Under the pieces are notes generated by a model. The model searched no databases. It worked only from the letters and a program-made list of their open reading frames with translations, and was not told the origin of the DNA. Below are positions 1 through 11,000 of a stretch of DNA of 64,000 nt, piece by piece (positions within the stretch are counted from its first letter, which is position 1; each line of letters opens with the position of its first letter). This stretch comes from Selaginella moellendorffii (Eukaryota > Plantae > Lycopodiophyta), in contig NW_003314323.1 of the NCBI RefSeq assembly GCF_000143415.4, positions 1 through 64,000 of the forward strand, written 5' to 3'. Position numbers and translations under genes: made by a program.

Positions 1-19
1 CAGGGCATCAGTATGCATT

Positions 20-1300
20 TTGGGTCAAAATTGCATGAGCCCACACGCTATAAAGTTTACCTGTACCAAAAATAGAAACAGCTTTATTTACTTGGGAATT
101 TAAGTGGTTGAGGCATTTTTAAACTTACAAACACATGCCCTACTTACATTCCTTTGGTTGCCTAAAATTCAAAAATATTATAAACCTTTCTTTTTGCATT
201 TTCAATGTTTTCAATTATGGTTTTTGATTTTCGTAGGACCAGCCTAGTAATCTATTTGCATCCCGTCATGTTTATAGCTAGCTTTCGTTCGTCCCCTTCG
301 CTAGCCTGAGATACATCTGCTCGGCATCTGCCTCTTACAGCATTTGCCCAGAAAGGGCATCTTTCTTCACGCAGCATTTGCCACATGTTTAGGGTTTAGG
401 GTTTAGCAATTCAGTAGCTTGATAAACATGCAAATACAGAACTTGATGCAAAATCCTTTGATATGTCACAATGCCCCTAGGACCATAAACACATTTCAAT
501 AGAGAGGGTCCTTTCATTTCATAACTCCTTACGTAGATCTTGGTGAAACCAGAGTTAGTGAAGTTAGTTTCTTGTGATCCCGCATCTGATTGTGATGTCC
601 CTTTGCAGTTTCGATGGAAAGGTCAATGCACACCAAACTGTAAAATCTTGGAGCAAAATAACGGTCGGATCTATGGCAAATGCCCCTGAAACATTGTAAG
701 GCTCGTGTGGTCTCATGTGGTGTCCGATCGAGATGCTTCTTTGCAGGGTCATCAAGAAAGACATTGTATACCATTCTGTAAAATCTAGTTGCGATCTAAC
801 GGTTGAATCTCCAGAAAACTCAAAAAAATCTCGCGCGTGTCAGAATATCCTAGGAATATACTCCTATGTGCCCCTGAAAATGACATGCGGCCCCACGCCA
901 TTCAAGAGATAATGCCAGATGACGCCGAGAATTTTTTGGTGCATTTTTTGGGTTCAAAATTGCATGAGCCCACACGCTATAAAGTTTATCTTTGCCAAAT
1001 AGAGAAAAGTTTATCTGTGTCATGTGAGGTAGTTACAGTCCTTTGTGCTTGGCATCTGCCTCTTGCAGCATTTGCACTGAAAGGGAATTTTTCTCCATTC
1101 AGCATTTGGCCCTGAAAATGGCATGCGCCCACACGCCATTCAAAGAATAACGCCACAGGACGCCTGGATTTTTGGGTTTAAAATGTTTAGGGTTTTTTAG
1201 GTTTTTTCAAAATATTTTGGGTCCAACGTTTTTTGGGTTTCTTTGGTTCAAAATTGCATGAGCCCACACGCTATAATATTGATTTGAGAGAAAAATAGAA
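20..1300 (+). repeat. Degenerate tandem/dispersed repeat units (~240 bp) each carrying the 22-bp dyad
   Basis: TCAAAATTGCATGAGCCCACACGCTATAA occurs near 25, 954 and 1248; CCCTGAAAATG-motif-TCAA near 872 and 1110; GGCATCTGCCTCTTRCAGCATTTGC near 323 and 1051. Confidence 0.85.
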
Positions 1301-1621
1301 ACAGATAGAATTTCTTTATTTAGCTGAACATCTGCCATTTTTGGAAATACAAGATGCTTTGGAATATCCAATCATGCATGGTATAAATATAGCGAGGGTA
1401 TTAAATGATATCCCAATCATGATCTTTCTTTTGGATTTCGCGTGCATGCAGTCCGAGGAATGATGACGTTGCGGATTTCTTTTGGATTTTGCGTGCTTGC
1501 ATGCGCGCGGCAATCCAGAAATTAATGGTGGCGCCCAAGTAAGAGGAATGATGACGCGGCGGGATTACCAACCGTTGTGACATTTCGCGCGTGTGAGGTT
1601 AGGTTTTGCATTTTGCTTTGT

Positions 1622-1780
1622 ACTCGCGCTCGCACACTCGCGCTCGCGCTCGCATCACACTTGCGCTCCCGCTCGCATCGCGCTCCCACTCGCGATCACG
1701 CTCACTTCTCTACAGGTTTCTCGTGTGCATCGGCGTCCACTCGCGCTTGCATCACACTCGCGCTCGCATCGCGCTCGTGT
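1622..1780. repeat. CpG-rich low-complexity (CTCGCG/CTCGCA)n tract
   Basis: Repeated ACTCGCGCTCGC units upstream of the large gene. Confidence 0.75.
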
Positions 1781-2245
1781 GCATCGGTGTCCACTTCAAG
1801 ACACACCCAGTTTGTAACTTCGCCGCCAACTCCGCCGCCCACTCCACCACCCACACGCAGCCCACTTGGCGTCCCGGGAGATTTCAGCACCACTCTCCAA
1901 CTGTAAGTGGCAGAGTAGCCTTGCTGCTACGATCCGCTGCACACACAGTGCACATTCGCCAACGAGTCCGGCCTCGATTGTCACGGCCTCCATTCGGCTT
2001 CAAATGGTAAGTCTTTTAGACCAAGTAGAAAATGGCATGAGGCCACATGCCATTCAGTAGCAACATTGGCATGCACCGATTGGGCTCTCGAGTGCAGTCC
2101 GGTTACAGATGGCGTGTAGCCTCACGCCATCTTAGGATGCAGCCTCAAGACATCTGATGCAGTGGTGAATGGCGTGTGGCCTCACGTTATTTCCAGCTGC
2201 TAGCTTTTCATCTGTCAGCTCTAATTGTTGTGCATTTTTGAACAG

Positions 2246-5200
2246 GCGAGGAATTGCATTCTTCTTCCAGCCACTGTCAATGTGGATGCAGAGAAGGGGG
2301 AGGAGCTCACCAGTTGGACTTTCGGGATGGAAGGCGAGGATCTGATGCTGTACAACACAGATGGTGGGAGAAAAGAATGCATGGGGATCCTCATCCAAGT
2401 GACAGACACTCCATGCAGTTCCATGCAAGAATATGGACTGGCACTTGTGGTAGAGACAGCGTCCGCCTTCAAGATCCACCTTGCACATCCTAGCGGCTTC
2501 CCGGAGGGGGGCAGCGGCTATGAGGAATTCCTAGAGGGAGCTAGGGAGAGGTTGTCCAGGAGGCCCACAATTTCAAAGACGCTGCGGGTCTATGAAGATC
2601 ACATGGAATCCACGGACCTCACCTACGGCGATGTTCAAAAACTATATTCCAACATTGAGCCGTTGAGAGTGCCTCCAGTTTGCGAAGCGAAGGGGAAGGG
2701 GGTCGATCTGGAAACTACCCCGAAGCAGAAAAGGGTGGTCAAGCTCAAGCCGACGTCCGACTCTGCTGCTCCAAAAAAGAAGCTACTCGGTGATGCCATT
2801 GCCTCGGGTTCGAACACTACACCCACCAAAAAGAAGAGCCGCAAAGAGCAGAAAGAGCAAGAAGAGGCAGCAAAAATCGTCGCAGATAATAGTACTTGTT
2901 ACTATTCCAACAAAGTATATACAATCGATGTGAGCCGTATCGAGATCCAAAGCAAATACAACCACAGGCTAGTATCTGATGAGTGGGTGGAGAAACTGAA
3001 GCAGAAGATGCTGGCAAGTCCAGTAACACCCGACATCGCAGACGTGATCCCCTACTACCGAACAATGAAGGGCGAGACGAGGTTTCCAGACTTGATCAAT
3101 AGGAAGGTGTTGGACGATCAGAACATCCGGTTCTATGCCGTCTCCGGGCAGCATTCTAGCTTGGCGATGCAACAGATAGTTGTGGATATTATGGTGGGCG
3201 AGGAGGTGAAGAAAGTCTTCAAGACAAGAGTTGTCCGCCTGATAAAAGGCAACTCGCCCCTCCGATCTATCATATACATCTCCCACGCGCAAAATGTCAA
3301 GCAAGAAACGTGCTACAAATCGGGTCTGCACGAGACATTGGCACGAACACGGAAGCTCTGGGTTCAACTGAAGAAGCCACAAAAACCAGGACAAGGACGT
3401 GCACTAGCAACTAGCGCCTGGCAGGTAAGCCTCGTTGCATGTGGCATAGCATGTGGCCTCACGCCATTTCCATTGCAGGAATTCTCGAGTCTTCTCTCGA
3501 AAACACTGGGGGTCAATGACACACTCAGCATCCATAACATTCTACTCGCGACAAAAGTTGTTTTTGACAAATGGGTAGATGTGCTGAGGAGGTACCATGA
3601 TGGGGAGTTGCTAAACTCAATGGGTGTGGAGGACGGCCGGAAGCCCAATGATTTGAAGCTCAACGCCTTGCGTTTCTCGCGGTCTCTAGACGACGACGAC
3701 CTTCTGACAGTGGCTAATGCTCTTCTACGTGGTGAGGTAGTCTTCAACAAGACCAAAATGACTCCCGGCCATATTGTGACATACGAGGACTTGTGCACGA
3801 CTCTGAGAGCTCGTGCGCTATTGAAGGATTGGATCTTCGAGCAAGTGGCCGTGGCGAGGGTGAGCATCGACACCACGCAAGAGATGATGGAAGAGCTGGA
3901 CTTGTCAAATGAAGACATCGACGAGTACGTGAAGGGGGCCCCCAAGTTCATCGATCTGCTGCGGGATGCCACGAAAAGTAAAGCTGAGAAGTTGGATCAG
4001 TATCCAAATTTCATTAAGAGGGATATCGACCGCCGGCTTCAGAAACAGCTCGACCCCGCAGCAGAGGCCTATCGAGAACCTTACCGGGTATACGTGAATT
4101 CGGATGAGGATCAAAGGTGGAGGAGCATCGTTTCCTGCGGAGATGAGCAGGTCAAGAACATCTTTTGTGTGATGGACTTCACAAACGAGGAGATCACTCA
4201 TGCAGACGAAGTCAGCTCCATCATTGACTTAATGGTGGGACTTGCGGAGGTGGAATCTTCAGTCCACTATATGATCTACGACTCCGAATCCTATCACAAG
4301 TTCTGGAAGGCCTTGAACGAGGTGAAGGCTCGGTTGAAAGGCAAGGAGATGCGGGAGATCCATGGGATAATGGCTAAGAAGAAGATACCGACGAATGTCC
4401 GCATCTTCATAGTCGCCCTTGTTATTGGTCCTGCAGCAGAGTGGGACTGGAGTGACTTCCCAGCTTCGTTCAACAAAGCCGATCGAATTGATCTGAGGGA
4501 GGTCAATTTACCCGTGCCTGAGGAACTGAAGACGGCTATGGAGCTTTCGAATCCAAAGAAAGCTCCAGGTGCAGCATGGGAAATGCTCAGCTGGGTCTTC
4601 AACGCAATAGCGGGTGACTCCAAGGGCAAATGCGTTGTCGAGTACAACTGCGGCGGACTATTCTTTCGAGCCGCACTACTCAAGGGTGTCCCGTGTGTTG
4701 CGGTGACAAACTCCATTGAAGAGGTGACTTCAATGGAGCATATAATTACAGTTGCCAAAGAAAAACAGTATCTTCTCTACGAACCTGGTGAGTACGCACT
4801 TTAAGTTTAAATGTTATCTCACAAGCTCTGTATGCAGGAGCGTGGCCACCCCCAGATGCTGAAACGGCGTTAACAGCTACTGATGTTAGGCCGAGGTCAC
4901 AACCTGCACAAGGTAAGGTCACGTGAGGCCTCACGCCATTTTGATTATAGATCGTTGTGAATATTCAGACACGAGGACTGAAAAGCGCACTGGTGGCGCG
5001 TCGAAGAAGGACAAACAGACAAGCAATAGGAAAAAAGGAGGTACAAATTATATTTGCAATGGCGTGTGGTCTCATGCCATTCCTTGCAGGAGACACTTCT
5101 TCAAAGGCAAAACAGGCAAGCACCAGCCAAGCTCAAACTGACAGTGGTCATAAAAAGCGAAAGCACGTTGGACAGTCGTCGGGATCAGAGGCGTTTGATT

Positions 5201-7609
5201 CGAAAAGGAAGAAGGGCAACGAAAAGATGATAGGTAATGCCTCGCGGTTATGGCGTGTGTGCTCATGCCATTCATTGCAGATCAAGGGCTGAGTGAAAGG
5301 AGCCAGTCACCACCTTCTGACTCAGATTCCTATGGCGGACTCCCCTTCCCCAATCTCAATGGAGAGGTACAATGGATGAGGGATGCTTTTCAAGTCAGGG
5401 CCACGTTTTTCTCATCTCGTCGTCTTCGAAGGGTGCAAGAACGTGCAGAAACCATGTTAAGACAGTCGGGTGAGGATACGGTCCTAGGTCACGCACTAAA
5501 ACAGGCTATGGATGTCTTGTATTTTGAGATGGAGACTCGGCCAGATGATTTTTCCAAGATGGTCCTGGAAAAACAAGCAATCCAGCCTGAGCAGCCTATG
5601 GAAGAAATGCAAGAGGGGGATGAGGAGCCAGAGAAAGATAATGAGCAGGAAGAGCAGAAGGACGAAGAGGAGGACAAAGAAGAGGAGGACGAAGAAGAGG
5701 AGGACGAAGAAGAGGAGGACGAAGAGGACTTGGATGGTCCTCACAATGGTGACGATCACAATAACGACGATGACGATGATGACGATGATGGCCAGCCTGA
5801 GGTGGCCAAAGAGCAGCGGAGGAAGGTCATACAAGACAAACCATCAGGTAAATAATAGTACATCCATTCCTAACCTTTTACCATTTCTAACATTGTCCAT
5901 GTAGGTCGCAGAAGAAATGGTAAGTAGAGATTATTCAGTTGAATTAAGATACAAACTCTAGCCTTTAGTGTCGAGGAAGGATAGTGCCAAGCAAGGGTCG
6001 AAACGTATGTCCAATCCTTCAGAATCAGCAGTGCGCCCAAGTGATATCGGTCCTAGTTCCTCAATAGCAGTTGATGGTAAATACAGTATAGTCGATTCAA
6101 TGTGCTAATGAGTTTGTTTTTAGTTGCACGGGAGGATACCATCTCAATCGAAGGGAGATATTTGGACATGCATATGGATCCGCCAGTGGACTCTACTTGC
6201 CTGCAAGAGTCATCAGAGCTGGTGGAGGCTACTATCCATATCAACGCCAAGCAAGCTGACCACGCTCCACTTGATGCTGCCCATACCACTGAGTCAATCT
6301 TGTCCACGTATCCAACTGACGGTGACCAGGCGCCATTGGACCCGCATGAGGCCGCCCCAGCCGCCGAGCCGGTCGTATCCTCATTTCCAACGTGTGCCCA
6401 ATCGTCTGACTACGCGCCGTTGGAACCTCCCTACACCGCCCCTGCTGCCTGTTCGGTCATGTCCACTTTGCCAACGGAGGCACCAGCTGAAATGGCGTGT
6501 GATCACACGCCATCGGAACCACCCCATGCCACTGTTGAGCCAGTTGTACCAGAGTCTACAGCTGAAATGGCATGTGCCCACACGCCATCGGATGCGATTG
6601 ACCCCACATTGCAGAGGAGAGTATTTCCGCCCTTCACGTTTCCTCGACCAAAACCCTCTGAACGACCATCGGGAGCACCATTCGCTAATATTGTAGATGG
6701 TAAAATTGACTTGTACCATTTTTTATGCTAACGCATTTCATTTCAGAGTCACGGCGAAAGTACTGTATCGTTTTTGATCTGAACGGTGTCCTTTTCTCCC
6801 ATGAGCGTGGCTCGTCCTCGAATGTCACTGCACCCTCCAAAGCCTGCGGTCGCAAGTTGGTCAAAAGAGACAGATTCACATTAATCACACGGGAGAAACT
6901 GCGGGATCTAATAATGACCATGCGACACTTAAAACAGAGGGCCGGGTTCAATTTGCAATTGGGAGTTTGGACATCCATGATGCGCCACAATGCATTAACG
7001 TTGCTACAGATGATGCACGATCAGACGCGAGTAATATTACCATTTGACTTTCTCCTAACGCAGGAGGATTGCTTGACTATGGTCCATGTGAGGGGTAGCA
7101 AGCCCATCTTCGTCAAGGCAGAGGCTGTAGTGATGAACTGGACTGCTAGGTCAAGTGAAATCCTCATCATCGATGACTCGCCGATTAAAACTGCAGCGAA
7201 CACGCACACATATGCAGTGCACCCCATCTCTTGCAGTATGGAAACTAGGGAGAAGAAACCGTATGTTCTGGGGGACCTTGCAAAACGGCTTGAAGCGATG
7301 GTGATAGAGAACCGGCCAGTCCAGGAGGTGGCTGCAGAAATCAACCAAATGGCAGATGGAACGGTATATCAGAAGCCATTTGATCGGACAGACACCAGTC
7401 ATCATTTATGGCATGTATATTGTCTAGCCAAGCACTATCCGCATCTCCATAATCTGCTCAACCGGATGGGTTCTTCGACCACTGAACATGAGCGTGGACG
7501 TATTAGAGAAGAGATGGCATTACTATTGGGTTTAAATCCTGATAGTGTGGAGAGTGATGAAATTCCAAGATTATTGTATAGGCGTTGGAGGCAAAAAATA
7601 ACAGTCTAA
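2246..7609 (+). CDS. Multi-exon protein: ParB/Srx-like domain + degenerate N6/N4 DNA MTase-like domain + acidic tract + FCP1/HAD-like domain; 5' exons unresolved
   Basis: GT-AG introns at 3425-3478, 4788-4837, 4913-4950, 5041-5089, 5234-5280, 5848-5904, 5920-5968, 6077-6123 and 6700-6746 join the separate ORFs into one open frame of ~1,640 codons. Motifs: FYAVSGQHSSLAM; GKCVVEYNCGGLFFRAALLKG; CIVFDLNGVL...IIDDSPIK. Confidence 0.72.
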
Positions 7610-8040
7610 GATGGCATGTATTTATTTAAAAATGTAACTTATTATGGCATGGGGTTCCATGCCATTGTATTAATATTAAAAGACAATTCTTTGAGAGGAT
7701 TTGCATTATACTAGAAGTGTTACAGCATGTTATTGGAAGTCTACGAAGTTGTTTTATTAATAAGGGGAAAGTAAAGATTGAATGGGGACTTGGGCTCCAC
7801 CTAGACTCGGAGCAACTGAGCCAATATTAAAAGGATGGAAAGAAATTGGACGACGATGACAAGGAGAAGAGAGAGGTGAAGCAGTGAGAAGTGATTGAGT
7901 AGACATTTCCTTGTTTAAAATAAAATGGCATGTGCCTCAATGCAGTTGAATTTTGTTATATTTATATACTATATAAAGGTTTGGAAACCTTATTTTACAA
8001 GTGGGATAATGACAATTCCCACTTTAACGAAATAGAGCTT

Positions 8041-11000
8041 GGATCCTTTAGCCTACGACACCTCAAGGAGTTGGTTCCTTACAACTCCACCACCCATAGA
8101 AGAAGTTCGATGCCCACATCAAACGTCTCTTTTATCCTACGACTTGTTGACCATGTCTTCGGGGGCATCCCCCCACTTAGTGGTGTGCCTAAGTTAGCCT
8201 CCTTGGCCAAGAGCCCATGACAACGAAATATAGATGTCCCTATATCCCTCACCTCACCACGCCCTAGTATGGGGTCGGGACTTGAACCCAACCTTGCTTT
8301 ACTAGGGGGTTGGGACTTGAACCCAACCTCCGTAGAATATGTCTACGGATTCGACATCCCCGCAGGGAGTCAGGCATAGTTCCCTACACCTAATCGACCT
8401 AGCTAACCCATGCTAATTAGCTTACCTTTAGCGCGCCTTTGGGTCCCAACATGTGTCATTGCTCAACTTCACAAATTGATACTTTCATTGAACTTTGCAT
8501 AAGTACATAGAGTTATGCCTTGCAGAAATTCCTCCACTAGATCTCGCACGTTTGCTAGGTTCTCCTCCAATTCCCATGTTGCTTCGCAGTGTGGAAATCC
8601 TTTCCACTTCACATGGAACTCTCTCACTTTGCATCATTTTCACTTATTCTTGCATGCATTGAGGATGGCCTCCACTTCGTATTCTTCTTCCTCTTGGATA
8701 ACCTCAAGTAAAGGTCTTATTTGGTCCTTACGAAACGGGTCCTCAAAGTACGGCTTAAATAAGTTCACATGGAACACTGGGTGCATTTTCCCCATCTCTC
8801 AAGGAAGTCAGAGACGGTAAGCCACTTTACTAATTCGTGCCTCAATCTCGTAAAGCCCCACGAACCTGCTTAAGAAACTCAAGATCAATTCATTTATAAG
8901 AATATATGCATTTTTACCTTTGGGTCAACTTCCAGCTAATCCCACTTGGTAGCCTGAGGTTCTTAGTGTTCAACCACACCTTCTCCCTAGCTTGGAACTC
9001 TACATCCCGGCGCTTCTAGTTCGTGTACTTAGTTTGCCTTTGTTGAGCCCGTTCTAAGGAATCCCTCACTAGATTCCAAATGTTGAGCCTTTCCACCGTG
9101 AATGCCTCCACTACGGGTAACTCTCCATGATATTCGGCCATGCCAAGTTCCATAGGACCTTCAATAGCTTGCCCATTGATCACTTCCCATGGATTCACCC
9201 CGATACTCGAATGTGGTGAGTTGTTATAACACATTTTCGCAAGTCCCAAATGACTTACTCAATCGTTCTGGTCTCCCGAGACATAGCATCGCAAATAATC
9301 CTCCAGCTGCCTATTCACCCTTTCTATTTGTCCGTCTGTCAAGAAGTGTTAGTGCCATCAAACTTGACTTAATACCCAATACCTGTCTGTGGGTGATAGG
9401 CTGTGCTGAATTTCAACTTGGTGCGATACTGTTCCAGGAGAGTTCTCCAGAACCTACTGATGAAGATCTTATCTCGATCCGAGATAATCTCTTTCGGCCT
9501 TCCCCGCACTTGAACCACTTGTTCGAAGAACAGCTTTGCCACACCTTCCGCATTCACTTTCGTTGTAGTGGGTATGAAATGTGCCATCTTCGAAAATCAG
9601 TCCACCACCACGAATATCGCATCAAACCCCTCACTTGGGGGGAGTCCCGTGATGAAGTTCATCGTGAGACATTTCCACAGATGATCTGGAATTGGGATGC
9701 TTTGTAACAAGCCCCCACTAGCCTTAGTCATGACTTTGACCTGCTGACATGTTGGACATGTCTTTTACATAGTCTTGGACGTCTTTAGCCATATCTGGCC
9801 AGTGATATTTCCTCTTAAGTAAGCCCATCGTCTTGGGCACTCTGCTGTGTCCCGCAAGAGGTCCATCATGACACTTTTCTAAGGCTACCTTCCTTAGTTC
9901 CCCTTTTGGAACATACACCCTCGTTTGCTTGTAATAAATGAGTCTGTTGTGTTCCATATAGTCTGTTTTCTCTTCCGTTGGTAGCTCACCTCTTTGGTGA
10001 GCTTCCCGTGCCTCTAGATTCCTCAGCAACACTTTTTGTGCTAGACCATCATTCTCATATGCTGTCCGCACATCATCCCAAAAGGTTGTTGTCGTGCTGG
10101 ATATTACTAACTTCAAGCTCGCTTTTTGACTTAGCGCATCTACCACGATGTTGCTCTTCCCAGGCTTGTACAAAATCTCGCAATCAAACTCAGCCAACGC
10201 ATTGGCCCACCGACCCTGTTTCCCTCTCAGGTCAGGTTGTGACAACTGTTTTGTTGCCATATTGTCCGTGTAAACCTTGAAGTGTCTCCCAAGGTAGTGT
10301 CGCCACTCCTTGAGCGCCTTGACCACCGCAAACAATTCCTTCTTGTGGGTAGGCCACTTTCGTTGAGCCTTGTCCAACTTCTTCAAGAAGAACACTACTG
10401 GATGGTTGTCTTGCTTCAAAACTGCACCCAACGCAAAGTCTGAAGCATCCGTTTCTACCTCAAAGTCTTTACCAAAGTCTGGTAACGCTAACACGAGAGC
10501 CTTCCTCAACTTCCTTTTGAGGTGGACAAATGCCGCATCACATTCTGCTATCCATACCATCTTCCCTTTTCCCATTTGGTCCGTTAAGGGTAGGGCTACT
10601 CTCGAATAGTGTCTAATAAACTTTCGGTAGTAGTTGCATAGCCCCAAGAATGCTCTTAACTCGTGTACATTTGATAGTCACTCCCAATTCTGGATTGCTT
10701 GGACCTTCTTAGGGTCCACCTTGAGCCTATTCTTGCCCACCACATGCCCGAGAAACTTTACCTCTTGTTAAGCAAAGTCACATTTGCTCTCTTTAGCATA
10801 CAGCTGGTGTTCCCTTAGTTTCTCAAACACCTTTGTCAAGTGTTTGGCATGCTCCTCTAGCGTTTTGCTATAGATCAAGATGTCGTCAATATAGACGACC
10901 ACAAAGTGATCCAAATAAGGTACAAAGATGTGGTTCATCAACACTGAAAATGTTGCTGGCACATTGCATAGCCTGAAGGGCATCACCAGAAACTCAAAGC

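Larger units (their letters stand above)
30..7946. repeat. Dispersed 22-bp palindrome family ATGGCRTGWG-NN-CWCAYGCCAT
   Basis: Copies at 30, 880, 959, 1118, 1253, 2032, 2109, 2169, 3446, 4918, 5059, 5250, 6492 (perfect), 6567 and 7644; degenerate copies at 700 and 7925. Confidence 0.92.
1..8040 (+). mobile_element. Putative large DNA element of unknown class; left end lies outside the window
   Basis: Subterminal-type tandem repeats (1-1300), an element-restricted 22-bp palindrome family, an unusual multidomain gene, and an abrupt junction with a truncated LTR at 8041. No transposase or TIR seen. Confidence 0.5.

Noticed and set aside
387-407. TTTAGGG telomeric repeats
   Set aside because: Under three units; a telo-box-like or chance interstitial motif, not a telomere.
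6725-7609. Stand-alone FCP1-like gene overlapping the upstream stop
   Set aside because: Its ATG lies within a good predicted intron (6700-6746, branch GCTAAC); better explained as the last exon.
30-7946. CRISPR-like interpretation of the palindromic repeats
   Set aside because: Spacing is irregular (60 bp to >1.4 kb), copies lie within a spliced eukaryotic gene, and no cas genes are present.
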